A stretch of 63,038 nucleotides of DNA, the filler included, from Choristocarpus tenellus KU-1152 (Eukaryota; Protista; Phaeophyceae): NCBI GenBank assembly GCA_964200185.2. It is 14 parts of 14 records of this genome, joined end to end, with 100 filler letters (N's around TTAATTAATTAA, not from the genome) between each part and the next. Parts side by side here need not be neighbours in the genome. Positions count along the whole stretch, not along the records: positions 1 to 3,149 come from CAXNAD020021956.1; positions 3,250 to 13,695 come from CAXNAD020002924.1; 12 more parts are not named here. One strand, written 5' to 3'. The position numbers were made by a program, and so were the translations under genes. Below the pieces are notes generated by a model. It searched no databases and was not told the origin of the DNA. It saw nothing but the letters and a program-made list of their open reading frames with translations. Positions 1 to 11,753 of this stretch are shown here, piece by piece (within the stretch, counting starts at the first letter, position 1; the number at the start of each line of letters is the position of its first letter).

Positions 1-60
1 AAGCCAAGCCCCAAATGGACAAACAGGGAAAAACTCGTACCCTCTAAGATATTTTGGCTC
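1..60 (+). mobile_element. MITE family R1, right end (truncated by window start)
   Basis: aagccaagccccaaatggacaaacagggaaaaactcgtaccctctaagatattttggctc matches the right end of the full copy at 51343-51601. Confidence 0.85.
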
Positions 61-255
61 AACGGCTGCATCGCGCTTACACTTGACCCGTCGCGCTTCT
101 TGTGCTCTCTCCACACACCGAGAAGGATCTCCCTCAGTTCTTTTGTCTCTGGTGGAACATAGTGAGGGGAAGAAAGGGATTGGGTTGGTTGGATTACCGA
201 TGCAGAATTAATATGGATATATTAGACGAAAGGTATGCGGTGCTTCCCAATCATT

Positions 256-1315
256 TCACGAATAGTTTCCTGTGAAAGGAGCCGTGAGAATCTCACCTTC
301 TCCCTCGCATATGTAGACAAGGGTGGCGATCGCGTTGAAGAATTGGACGGAGGTCTGGTCGATGTGTCTATCCACACCGGCTTCCATATGTGTGTCCTCC
401 CAAGCTTCTTTGAGGAATGCTTTCACCTTTGCAGCTACCCTCCTCTTAACAGCCGTCTGTAATGCGGCATTGGCACTCTGGAGGTCTATGTCACCTAGAC
501 AGTACTGGTTGCACTTGGTGACCAGTGTCGCCATGCGTGTGCGACGATCAGAGTCCTCTTCCGTTTCCCGGACGTAGGGGTAGGACCTGTCGCAACTGAA
601 GTCGCGCCTATACTCCAGGATAGCGGCAACCCAAGACACCATTCAATGGAAAATGTCTAGGATGTTTGGCGATCGGCAGGCTACAACGCTCGGAGATTGA
701 TTCAGCCTTCTCCCGGCTGCAATGTGGATATATCTTCCACATGAAGCTCCTGTGGTGGGCGATCTGGAGGTTTGCTCCTACTTCCGAGGCCCATCACGTT
801 GTCACATGGGCCGGGAGGTTGATGCCACAAGGGACATTGTCCTCCTTAGCGACGCACTCGATTGTCCTCAGCACTATTACACGGTGTTGTCCATTAAGGA
901 AAAACAAGAGGTTGTCGTCGTCCTCTATCTCCCTATCGCCGCCATTATGGTCCACATGCAAGTTGTTATTGGCGATATAGTATTCAAACAGTTCCATGTG
1001 GGGCACACTGGAGGGCACGTGTACCCTGCACATGTGGGCTTTGAAGTCGCTTATGGTCTTCCATCTCGAGCACAGGGAAAAAGGCTGCTCACTCAGGATC
1101 TCCACGAACCTATCGGCGTCGACCTGTGGGAATGGCCCCAGCTTCAAGAACATAGACTCCACTCTACCGCTGTTAAAAAGGTTGGTGTTGTATCTCTGTG
1201 TCAAGAAGTCAGATGTGGCGAGGTCCATCGTACACGTTGCGCTGAGATTCGACATTATCAGGTCTGTGGTCTTTTTGTGTTCATGAGTCTCTGGCCTCCG
1301 GCCGGCTGGAAAATG
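256..1315 (-). pseudogene. decayed gene with a ParB/Srx-like NGQHR motif
   Basis: ORF 794-1255 (LFFLNGQHRVIVLR) continues past TGA 794-796 as WASEVGANLQIAHHRSFMWKIYP; ORF 256-642 follows in a shifted frame; region is GC/CpG-richer than its flanks. Confidence 0.4.
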
Positions 1316-1638
1316 TTAGGACAATGGTATCACCAAAGGAGAAGGATATCGACGTAGGGGTGGATACTGTGGTTAGCCGAGCACAGCAAGGGTGTCTTTA
1401 TACAAACAGTGATGGACTATGTGATTAATGATGACGGGATCTGTACGGAGTGCAGGGTTCGTGTCCATGCGTGGGCTATGCAAACGTGATATGAAAAGGG
1501 CATAGCGATGCCGTGGACATGAGGACAGCGTAGAGCTTTCCTCAATGGCCGATATTTACTAATAAATATCGAACTGTCAACCCGGTCGACATGGGATGAA
1601 TATTGCATATGAGTACGCACCAATACCGGACGCAGCCT

Positions 1639-1897
1639 GGAAGGATTTACGCGCCGAACAAGGTAACATGTAGCGAGGGCTCATGCACAGTTTTGTGCTT
1701 GACATAGGGCAGCAATATCCAAAGCGTGGCAAGACTGTTGGGGTGTGTGTGTGTCGATTTGAAATAGTAATCCTGAGCAGGAAAACATTACATCGAATTT
1801 CGAAAGTATAGGTGAACATGAAAGGAATTTACGCGCCAACCCGGGTTAGATGTCGGGAGGACAACCACGCACAGGTTTATGCTTGGCATATGGCAGC
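1639..1897. repeat. imperfect ~75-bp direct repeat, 2 copies (1639-1713, 1820-1897)
   Basis: both read aagga(a)tttacgcgcc...gcacag(t/g)ttt(g/a)tgcttg(a/g)cata(g/t)ggcagc. Confidence 0.7.
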
Positions 1898-2166
1898 CAT
1901 TGATGAATGAATTGCATCGTAGAATCTTGCTTCTGTTTCGGTAGTTGTCTGATTACTCCAAACAAATGTGACAGCAACACATTTTCCAATTTCCTAAAAA
2001 TTTTCAGTCGAATTCTCTGTAGTCATTTCATACTAAAGCCATTGAACTGATTCTACTTTGACGTCTTCGATGCGAGGTGAAATATGTAAATGGCGGATTG
2101 GGATTAGTGTTTTTGAGAATGTAGGTGATTTATTTTTGTTAGGGCTAGGGTTGGTATCATGAGTGC

Positions 2167-2420
2167 TGGTCGAAATATCTTAGTGGTAGGGCCGCGTCCA
2201 TTTGGCGGCCGAATTCAAGTCTTGCATTTTTGCTGTCATTCTTGCCATCATTATTGTTTGGAGATGTTAATGTCCTTTTTCCGAACACTCCTTTCCATAG
2301 TGTAGACATTGTACTTCTCCAAAACATTTTGGAGTAAGTACAATGTCCTTGAAAACCCGTGGGCAGCCAAGCCCCAAAGGACAACCAGGGAAAAACTCGT
2401 GCCCTCTAACATAGAATATC
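2167..2420 (+). mobile_element. MITE family R1, diverged full-length copy
   Basis: ggtcgaaatatcttagtggtagggccgcgtccatttgg ... aaaactcgtgccctctaacata; colinear with 51343-51601. Confidence 0.8.
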
Positions 2421-3093
2421 GAATCTGAAAATGCCGGTGTTACCACTGCTGACAGCTGGTGTGTGCACGGCTGTAAAGGCAATGAATACAGGGCATCGAA
2501 TTTGAAAATGTTGGTGACACCACCATCTGAAGCTGGTGAGTACACGGTTATAATAAAGGTAACAAATACAGGGTATTGAATTTGAAGATGCTGGTGTTAC
2601 AATTGCAGATAGGTGGTATGTACACAGTTGGAAACGCAAATAATTAGAGAGCATCGAATCTAAAAATGCTGGTATCACCACCATTGACAGGTGGTGTATA
2701 CACGGCTGTAAAGGTAACAAGTACAGGGTACCGAATTTGAAAATGCTGGTGTTACCAGCATTTAACAGGTGGTGTGTAAACAGTTGGAAACGCAAATAAT
2801 TACAGAGCATCGAGTCTACAAATGCTGGTATCACCACTATTGACAGGTGGTGTGTACACAGTTGGAAACGCAAATAATTACAGGGCATCGAATCTAAAAA
2901 TGCTGGTATCGCCACCATTGACAGGTGGTGCGTACACGGCTGTAAAGGTTACAAGTACAGGGTACTGAATTTGAAAATGCTCGTGTTACCAGCATTGACA
3001 GGTGGTGTGTACACGGTTGGAAACGCAAATAATTACAGGGCATCGAATCTAAAAATGCTGGTATCACCGCCATTGACAGGTAGTGTGTTACAC
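2418..3093. repeat. ~78-bp minisatellite, about 8.6 units, two variants
   Basis: units start near 2419, 2496, 2576, 2654, 2731, 2810, 2888, 2965, 3043; core tcgaatYtRaaaatgctggt...gacaggtggtgtgtacac; tail ctgtaaaggtaacaagtac or ttggaaacgcaaataattac. Confidence 0.9.
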
Positions 3094-3122
3094 ATTATCA
3101 TCTCAGCCACATGCTAATACAT

Positions 3123-3149
3123 GGGTCGAAGTATCTGGGGGGGGGGGGG
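3123..3149. mobile_element. MITE family R2 terminus (contig end)
   Basis: gggtcgaagtatctggggg equals the R2 TIR. Confidence 0.7.
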
Positions 3150-3249
3150 NNNNNNNNNNNNNNNNNNNNNNNNNNNNNNNNNNNNNNNNNNNNTTAATTA
3201 ATTAANNNNNNNNNNNNNNNNNNNNNNNNNNNNNNNNNNNNNNNNNNNN
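3150..3249. other. artificial contig linker (44N-TTAATTAATTAA-44N)
   Basis: identical 100-bp linker also at 13696, 17271, 20737, 25642, 29830, 33198, 36151, 40584, 44405, 48459, 53569 and 57849; the core gives stops in all six frames. Confidence 0.99.
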
Positions 3250-3345
3250 TGTCGAATTTGAAATTTAAAAAAAAAAAAAGAATTGTTTGACCGAAACGGA
3301 CGACCCACCACAAACCCCCCCCCCCCCCCCCACATACTTTGACCC
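3250..3345. mobile_element. R2-related MITE end (contig start)
   Basis: ccgaaacggac...C-run...acatactttgaccc matches the R2 terminus. Confidence 0.6.
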
Positions 3346-5095
3346 CATCCGTAGTTTGATACAGGAGTAATGAAGTGGTTTGAAATACCATGTAAATGAA
3401 TTTGTGGTGGCTTCCCTGATCCTTGGTGAGGATAAGAGGTGTTGAAGTGCAACTTTTTATTGTTGTTTCATAGTGCATTTGTTAAAGATGGGAAGTAATG
3501 AGTCTTTCACCTCATACACCCCCAACGCCTATTATTTTTCATGACTGGGAGAATATATACTCAGTGCAGTGAGAGCTCGACTCTCTATATAGTCATGGTA
3601 TGGCGGGGCCTTGGTGGCTTTGCTTACACCCTGTCTCTACATCCATTCCGAAGGCCACCTGTCAAAACATGCCCCTTCTCGGATACCACATGTTCCCCAT
3701 ATGTATAGGTGCCCCACAGTAGTCAGCTCTACTAGTAAATGGCATCCCTCACTTGAGACCTCCAACTGCCACAGTATATTTGTTGCAGGTGCTTGTATTT
3801 CATACAGAATTTGTTGCAAAACAATCTGCAAGCTTACCGTGATGGGATATGTAGCTCCAATCGACAAGGCTGTATGTGGATGATGAAGCTCGTAGAGGGC
3901 ACCATAAAGTAAAGGCAGCTCTTGTGCATATAATTCTGCTGAGGAGTGAGGCACGACTACAATATTATTTGCGAACTTGAATGTTTTGGGTTAGTCTGCC
4001 TCCCACTCTTTCTGTGTTTGTTGTATCCGAAAATTCAGTATACAAGTGATGAAAGCGTTGCTCTTGCACTTCTATTCCACCTAGTCTGCTGAGGAGATCT
4101 TCCTTTCGAGTCCCTGGTCCTCTTTGGCCTCCTTGGTGCACCCTCCTCACTGGTTTTTGGTATCCTGATTAGGTATTCAAGCTTTGGATAATGCCATACC
4201 TCGTTGTACATGAGGTGCTTTGTGCTACCACACTCATTGTTGTTTCAAGGCACCCCCATCCATAACACGGGGACAATTGCCCCTTTCTGTCCCACACTAG
4301 TATGGAGAAGTTTATGTTGGACCTGATCTTTGATTGACAAACTGTGCACTGTCTTTGTGTGTGGAGGGGGATGTAGAATATGTATTGATATTTTACAATT
4401 TTTTGTACTTTTGTTATATTTATTGTGGCTGCTGCAGAGTGTTAGATACCACTCTTGTGTGTGTGCGATTTTAATTTTGTTTCTTTTTTTTCTCTTTTTG
4501 TTATCGGTAAGATTAAAATACCAAAAGTTCTTCATTCACCCTTTATGGCATACATACATACATAACAAAAAAAACTTGTTTTGCTCTTTTAATGTATGTA
4601 TATATGTGGGACAGGTATCTTGAGGTTGCTCAATTGATTAAATGAAAAACATGAGAAGCTTCTTTTAAAACTAAGCTCTTCCCCCGTTCAGCATCAGTTC
4701 AAACATTTTGTGAAGCTTGCTGTAAGTGTGTACACCATGGTCCTTAATGCCAGAGTGTAGTTTGAGGTTTTATATGTTTCAGAATAGGGTGGACTACGTT
4801 GGATTTTGATAATATTTTCAGAGTCATCTCATAGTGGGTTCTTGCAAGATCCCCCTAAAAAGATGAAAATCTGATACCATTCTTTTGTTTGTAGCCTAAT
4901 AACCCCAACACGCTGTTTGAACTACACCATTACTATTAATTTTTATTATATTTCCACCAATCTAAGCTCATTCCTCCCTGCCCCTGCCCTGCATGTCTCA
5001 CTCAACAGTGTGAATCTTGATGTGAAAAAATATATATATACATGAAAGAGAAAGGATGAAATCTTCTGATTTTCTTTTTACTATGTATATGACAG

Positions 5096-5610
5096 GCTAG
5101 GAGATCAATGACAGCGGTGGCTGCACTACTCCTACTGATGCGGATCATGGAGCATCTAGCTATTTGGCGATCAACAGGTATATTTGTTGCTGTCATACGC
5201 ATGATGTTATTGGACGCAGCCAATCAGTCTATCCTCTTCGTGCTCTTCCAGGTATGATAATAAAATGATATACTATTATATATTACATTGTATACAGTTT
5301 ACTCTTTTTTGTATATTTCTCTTTTGTTTTCTTCTAGGTATAGGTATATATCCTTGTTTATTAGTGTATGAATAATATAAAAGAGGTGTTTCTTCTTTAT
5401 TTATAATGTGTACCAATTTTGTTTTTTTGATTTTTATGCCCATGGTGACCGACCTTTCACAGTCCCTGAGAGTAACCGGCATGGTACTTCTAATGTTACA
5501 TTCTTCTCCTTCTTCTTATTAGTATTATTATTAGTTTTTATTATTTATTGGTTATTGTGATGAGTGAAGTTCCATGAAGTTTTGCCAATGAAGTATAGTA
5601 CAAGTCGGTG

Positions 5611-5645
<35 letters not shown>

Positions 5646-8600
5646 GGTTAGTGGTACTGGTGATACCATGGTGTATTACTGTTGTACTAGTTTGAAGTAT
5701 TGTATAGAAACAGTTGATTGTCAGTGTTTGAGGTATACCATATACCATCAGAAATGACCTTTTTTCTCTACAGGGATGTTCAATTTATAGGATTAGTTGG
5801 TAGACTGACAATAAATAAAAAGATGTGCTGTTTAATATTTGTTCTATTTTCTTGATTATGATATGACATTTATTTCATACTGGTAAGAATGAAGTCAGAG
5901 AAATAGATAAGGAAGTTTGTCATCAAGATGAGGCTGTGCCCCCATGTATCAAGATTTAATATCTCTTGAGGGGGGTAACACAACATTTAGGAGAGAGAGT
6001 TTACCGAAGTGTTTCATTTGCCAATTTTGAAGAGCTTTTTCAAAGGAGATGTAGGTTGTGCTGATTACGTTAGTATTTTATCATTTCAGTTTGTAATTGT
6101 TGTAGCAGATATCAGGTGCTCTATGGGGATAAACCTCACCCTGATGTAGCATTCTCTGTCAATACCTGGGGAATGCCTGTCAGGCCCTAGGAGAACCACA
6201 CAAGAGGCTGGAGTACATTGAGCAAGCACTCCGGATATGTAGAATGCTCTATGGTGAGCGATCCCACCCCAATCAATCTGGCAGTATACCTCAGTAGTGT
6301 GTGCTGGGCCTATGATGGTACTGTGTGAAATGTGCAAGAGGGCTTCAGTATTTTGAGTATTCTCTTGAGGTGTTGAAGAGGCTCTATGGGAATCAAGCCC
6401 ATATCCCAACCTGGAAAAAAATCATTGATAACATGGGGAGTGTGGGTTGGATGCCAAGAGATGTTATCAAAGCATTGAAGTATCAAGAGCAAGACTTTGC
6501 ATTATGTTGTGAAAGTGACACGAAAAGGGGTGTATCTTGTTCTCATTTAGTTTGTGGTCGGGCCCAAGAAGGCTCTCATATATTTTTTTATATATATATA
6601 TACACATATGTATGTATATTTGTTTTTTTGTATAATTAAAAAATAGTTTTGTGTATGTTGATTGTCAGTAGTAGAGGAGTACCAGCTTGTGTCTTTCTGA
6701 GTATTTTTTTCCTTTCAGAAATGCAACTATTTATAATGATCTTAACAGTGTGCATTTTTGGTTATGAATGTGTTGTGTTGTAGATGTTCTGTATGCCCTT
6801 GGCTGCATGTCCTGTTTTTGAATTGTTTTATGTTTTCACCTCCCAGTATGCTGTTGTGTTTTGTGCAAGAGATGGTCTTATGTCATTTGGCACTGCTTTT
6901 GAGAAGAAATAGTTGGTGTAAACAGGAGTGTAGCAAAAGGTGAGTCATGTGTAATGCCAGTCCTCCACGTCACAGTTAAAGAAAGAGAAACAACCATGTC
7001 CTGGTCAGTGAGGGTTTTACTGCACACTGGACAGGAGGTTAATGATAATGGAAGTATTATCTGATTCCTTTTTATTGTGTGTTGACGATAATTTTTCTTT
7101 TTCAGGTAGCGTTTGGGATGGCCTTTTACGGACTCCTGAGGGGAGACACTGGACATGAAAAAATATGGAACTCGATTGCGTCTTCATTCATCATGTCCAT
7201 GGGGGAGATAGAATACCCCTTCAGTCAGAATGAGTAAGTATGGGGGAGACAGAATACCCCTTCAGTCAGAATGAGTAAGTATGGGGGAGATAGAATACCC
7301 CTTCAATCAGAATGAGTAAGTATGGGGGAGATAGAGTACCCCTTCAGTTAGAATGAGTAAGTATGGCGCCACACAGAGAGTCACTGTGTGTGGAAAGGGG
7401 AAGGGGGGGGGAATTACTTAATGCTACCATGATGCGAAACATTTTCAGAAGTAGAAGAGCATGTGTAGCATGTATGCCACCTTTACCCTGGAGGGATATC
7501 TCTTGTTGTCAGTGTTATATGGAGGGGTCTTCCTCACCTGAAACGGCCTGCCCACCCACATCTAACCTAGTGATGATACATGATACATGATACATGCAGG
7601 GAATTGAATACTGTGGCGGTGATACTGTTCATGATCTTCATGCTTCTGGTTGCTATTGTGTACATCAATCTTTTGGTCGCCTTGATGACAACCCGTTATG
7701 AGAAGGTGAGACCTGCTACAGATCTATACAGTTTGTGGACCCCTGCCTCCCATGTGGGGCCTAGCGACTACTCCTTTGAGCCTTTTGAATTGTGTTCAAT
7801 TCTCAAGGGGGAAGAGTTTTTGTTTGTTTGTTTGTCAACAGGTCACCTCTTTGGAGGTCTTTTTTGAGATTATTTTGACAGTTACCTGGGTCAGTGGACC
7901 CTCTCAAGGCAAAACCCGTTGGGTACCAACATGTAACAGCAGCAGTACAGGTGGTCAGTCAGTCAGTCAGTCAGTCAGCCTCTAGCTAATATTTACAACG
8001 GAACTTTATTTTGTAGGCAGCAGTTGGGTTTAACTTTATTTTGGGAGATCGGTTGTTGTCATGAATGGATTCAAAAGGTCACCTGCCTTGCATTACGATG
8101 ATTGCTGACTGGTGATTGATGATTGATGAGTGATATCTACTCCCACCTCTTTCACTTACTAGATACTGTGAAATTGAAATTTTTGTACAGGTTAGCAATG
8201 GTGCAACAGCGAGAGCACTCATGAACAGGGCGGAGGCTCTTCTCAAGTGGGAGGGCACAATGGGGGAGAAGGCTAGGGAGGCGGTGAGAGAAGTATAGTG
8301 GGGAGGGGGGGGGAATTGCAGTGGCTAGGTTGGTAGCAGTGAGTATGAGGACCATGGGAAGGATGAGATGGAGGGAGGGGTACATGGTTGAAAGTGCTTC
8401 TGTGAGAGTTTGATAATATTGGAAGGAGTAAGATTGATTGTCTCTTGAACTGAAGGCGTTGTATGGAAGCACAGTGTTTTTGTTCTGTGGAGGAAGGACA
8501 TACGTGATGTTATATTTGGTGACAATTTAGTCAGAAAGGGATATTGAGTCTTAGAGTTGGTGATAGGGTGATTGAGTGATGTTGTACAGTGAGATGGAGG

Positions 8601-11600
8601 ATGAAATATTCTTCATACAGCTGCCAGTGACAAAAAGAAAAATAAAGAAACTTGATGTACATGGCAAGACTATTTTGTTCTCATATCCATGTCTTCCCTT
8701 TCATAAATGTATGCAGTGCCTTATCCTTTCTTTTTATGTTGTTGATGCCCATTGGATTCATTGCATTCGACATATGCCCTTGTGATCAGGCCTTCAGACA
8801 GGTCTACCCACCAAAGGGTCATCGGTCCCATATCAAGCTTAGAGGATGGTTGGTTGGCTCTGCGACTGAGGTCTTTGTTGACGAGCAAGTAAGAGTCGGA
8901 GGGGGGCGGGTGCGGGGGGGGGGGAAGAAGAAGTGCACCCTGACCCTGACCCTAACCCTAATCTTCGATGAAAGGGCAACAGAAGTGTGTAGTAGATGCA
9001 ATAGGAATGTAAATGTGGTGATGGGATTGCAAAATCGTTTGTTGTAGGATATATACGACCATCCAAGTGTTTGATTTGGTTCAGGATTGTTGGGGTTGTG
9101 CTTTTTCCCTCTTACGTGTAAGTGCTTGTTCGTTGGTTGGTTGGTTTTCATCACGACTGGTGTTGAATTGCATTGTATGTAACATTCTTTTTTGAAGTCT
9201 TTTGCCACTCTGATGCTTGCAGCAGTGGGTTATGGTGGTTATCATTTTAAGTAGTATTAATAATGTAGTATGTGACCAAGTCTTTTATCTCTGACTAGCT
9301 ACTACCTACCACAGTTTGCATTTCAATCTCAAGTGTGTATTACCCAGAATTGCTACCACTACACTGTCACAATTTAATTTTAAAGAGACTTAACTTAACT
9401 CTAAGGAGTAAAGAAGTAAACAGTCAGCATACTGTCTGTTCCCTCCCTCCCCCCGGCCCTTGAATTATGACCTCATAGAAAGTGACTGCAGTGGAGTTGG
9501 TGGAAAGTCCCAAGGATGCATACGACCCTCATGGCAGAGTAATGGAGGAGCTTGGAGAGTTACGGTGGGTGAAGCTTCCCCATTCTGCTATGCTTGTGTT
9601 GTACTTACACTATATCACTACATTGTTTCAAGAGTGTCCCACCTTGTGTGTGCACCATTTGTTCCTATCCCATCCTAATGTGAAAAGGTCATTTTGAATA
9701 ATATATATATATATGTATGTGTGTGTCAGCCATCTCAATGAAGGGTAGAGAAAAATCTCGCGTTTTCTTTTTTCGTTTTTTGTTCATTTGTTGTCTAAAT
9801 AGACTGTTGTAATTTCAAAGTTTTTCAGCAATGCATTGGCTAGAAAGGTTCCCCAAAATGTAGGCATAGAGTGTTGATAATTTTACTCAACATAATAAAA
9901 GTAACCACCCTTATTGAGAGTTAGGGATAGGGTTGGTGTTGCTGGTGCCGAGATGACATTGTGTTCACACGTAGAGCTAAGAGAGGTGGCTCTGTTGCAG
10001 CTCAAGCTGTGGTATTTCTTGCTGCTTACGTTATGTTTCAAGTGTAATGGAGATCTCTTCTTACCCTGCCAAGATAGAGAAGTACTTCATGCGGCATCCG
10101 GTTAGCTGATGGCTTGAGTTTATAGTCCCCCTGTGCTGTATTAAATACGTCAACTTCCCTGCGGTGTTGCTGTGTGTAGTATGGTGGTTAGTCATGTCAA
10201 CAGACCCCAAGGGTCTTGTGTTTGGTGCTGACCATGAGGGCGTCATTCTTATGGAACCCCAGTTTTTGTAGAAATTCCACTTGCCTTAAGTCACCTGCTT
10301 CTGCCTCAATCGGATCTATACATACCTTACCTGGTTCTTCAAGTTTGCTCTGTAGTTAGCAACAACTTTGTGGCGTTTCCTCTCTGCCCTACTCTCCAAA
10401 TGTTGAAAACATTCTTCTTGCCAAGGATCACCTTGTGGTCCTACTGCTGGCATGAGTGAAAAATAGAGAAGTGTAACTGAATCTTAGGCATGAACAATAG
10501 ACCACAATCTATAATTTGCAAACATAGGCTTTACTCTGTAAACCATAATCTATAATCTGTAAATCATGAGCTTTAATCCATCATCCACAAACCGGGGCCT
10601 GGTCCCGCCTGTCACATGGGGGAACGACTGATCATATTGGCTCCAGTGAGATGATGAAGGGTCTGGAGCATAGGTTAGGGCCTAGACGGTCCCCTTCTAG
10701 GTTGAGCTCTGAAAGTGGCGGTCTCAAGTCTGAGGAGAGTGTGCGAGAGAGGTTGGGATTACTCAAGAGCCAAGGGTCGGGATTTTCAAAGAAGCAGTTG
10801 GGATCTATTTATCGAAGGGAGGGGTCTGTATCCACACCAGAAGAGCTGCAGGTAAGTAGTTGGCCACTGGTGGGTATGGAGTTTGACTTGAGTGTCATCG
10901 ACAACGGCATTTTAATGTTGTTGCATGAGTTGGAAGCTTTGCTCGTTTTCTTGGGTGGCAGGTGAGTGTAAATGAAGGGATGGTGTGTGTTGTCGTGGTG
11001 GGACTTTGAATTGTACGTCGAGGAGGTTTTGGTTTTGTGCACGATGTGGTTGGTCTTGTTCACCGATGGGCTCCTTTTGTATTTTCCCTGACAAAAATTG
11101 TCAATTTTACTCCGAAATGTTCTGCACACACCTATTCAAAAATCCGGATTAAATAGTTTCGAACTTCTGCTAGTAATGTTACGTTGTTTGTGCATTGTTT
11201 GGAGTCCACTGTAGTGGGAGTGTATTGTGACGGGCACGATTTTAGAGGTATTGTGCCCATGTGGAAAATTGGAGTGGGGTTTTTGTTGTTGTGGTGTGTG
11301 TGCATGGCAGTGAAGTAGCCGAATTGGACACACACCGAGGGGTGTAATAATGGGAGGCTGATTGCTTCCGCTCTCTCCTACACGGTCTCATATTTTTTTC
11401 CTGGAAAAGCTTATGATCCATTGGTCTTGTTGCAGGTGGGAGTTTGTATGAATGATGTGGCGTGTTGTAGGTGGAGTAATTATTCTAAGAGGAGGGGGGA
11501 AGATGGTATATCCATTCTGAACCTCGCCTCTGTTGGCCCTGACTTCTCATTGTTCACATATCCGTGGTCTCTCCCCCTGCCATTGCTCGCTGTCTCTTCT

Positions 11601-11753
11601 CTTCACCCCATGTTTCAGAGATGGCGAGACAGAGCAAAGTCTTTGGAAAAGACTCAGAAATCAAAGAAGGCGATTGTCCGAGCACAGGCTCTGATCCGAG
11701 GCTACCTGCAGCGCTCAAGAGACAATGATGAAGATTTCATGTTTTGGACTTAG
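5096..11753 (+). CDS. TRP-like cation channel, 3' part (S4-S5-pore-S6-TRP-like helix, C-terminal IQ motif); 5' end missing
   Basis: phase-consistent GT-AG exons 5096-5251, 7106-7233, 7600-7705, 8191-8283, 8790-8888, 9479-9564, 10647-10851, 11619-11753(TAG); peptides LLLMRIMEHLAIWRSTGIFVAVIRMMLLD, VAFGMAFYGLL, FIMSMGEIEY, INLLVALMTTRYEKVSNGATARALMNRAEALLKWE, AQALIRGYLQR. Confidence 0.85.
7199..7362 (+). repeat. 41-bp tandem repeat x4 spanning an exon end and 5' splice site
   Basis: atgggggagatagaataccccttcagtcagaatgagtaagt at 7199, 7240, 7281, 7322. Confidence 0.97.

Noticed and set aside
2418-3093. CRISPR-like array, or the 170-aa repeat protein ORF 2406-2918
   Set aside because: Variable segments recur as two types rather than unique spacers, no cas genes are present, and unit lengths of 77-80 bp shift the frame.
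3590-4330. Possible retroelement fragment or extra TRP exons
   Set aside because: No diagnostic motif and no phase-compatible exon found.
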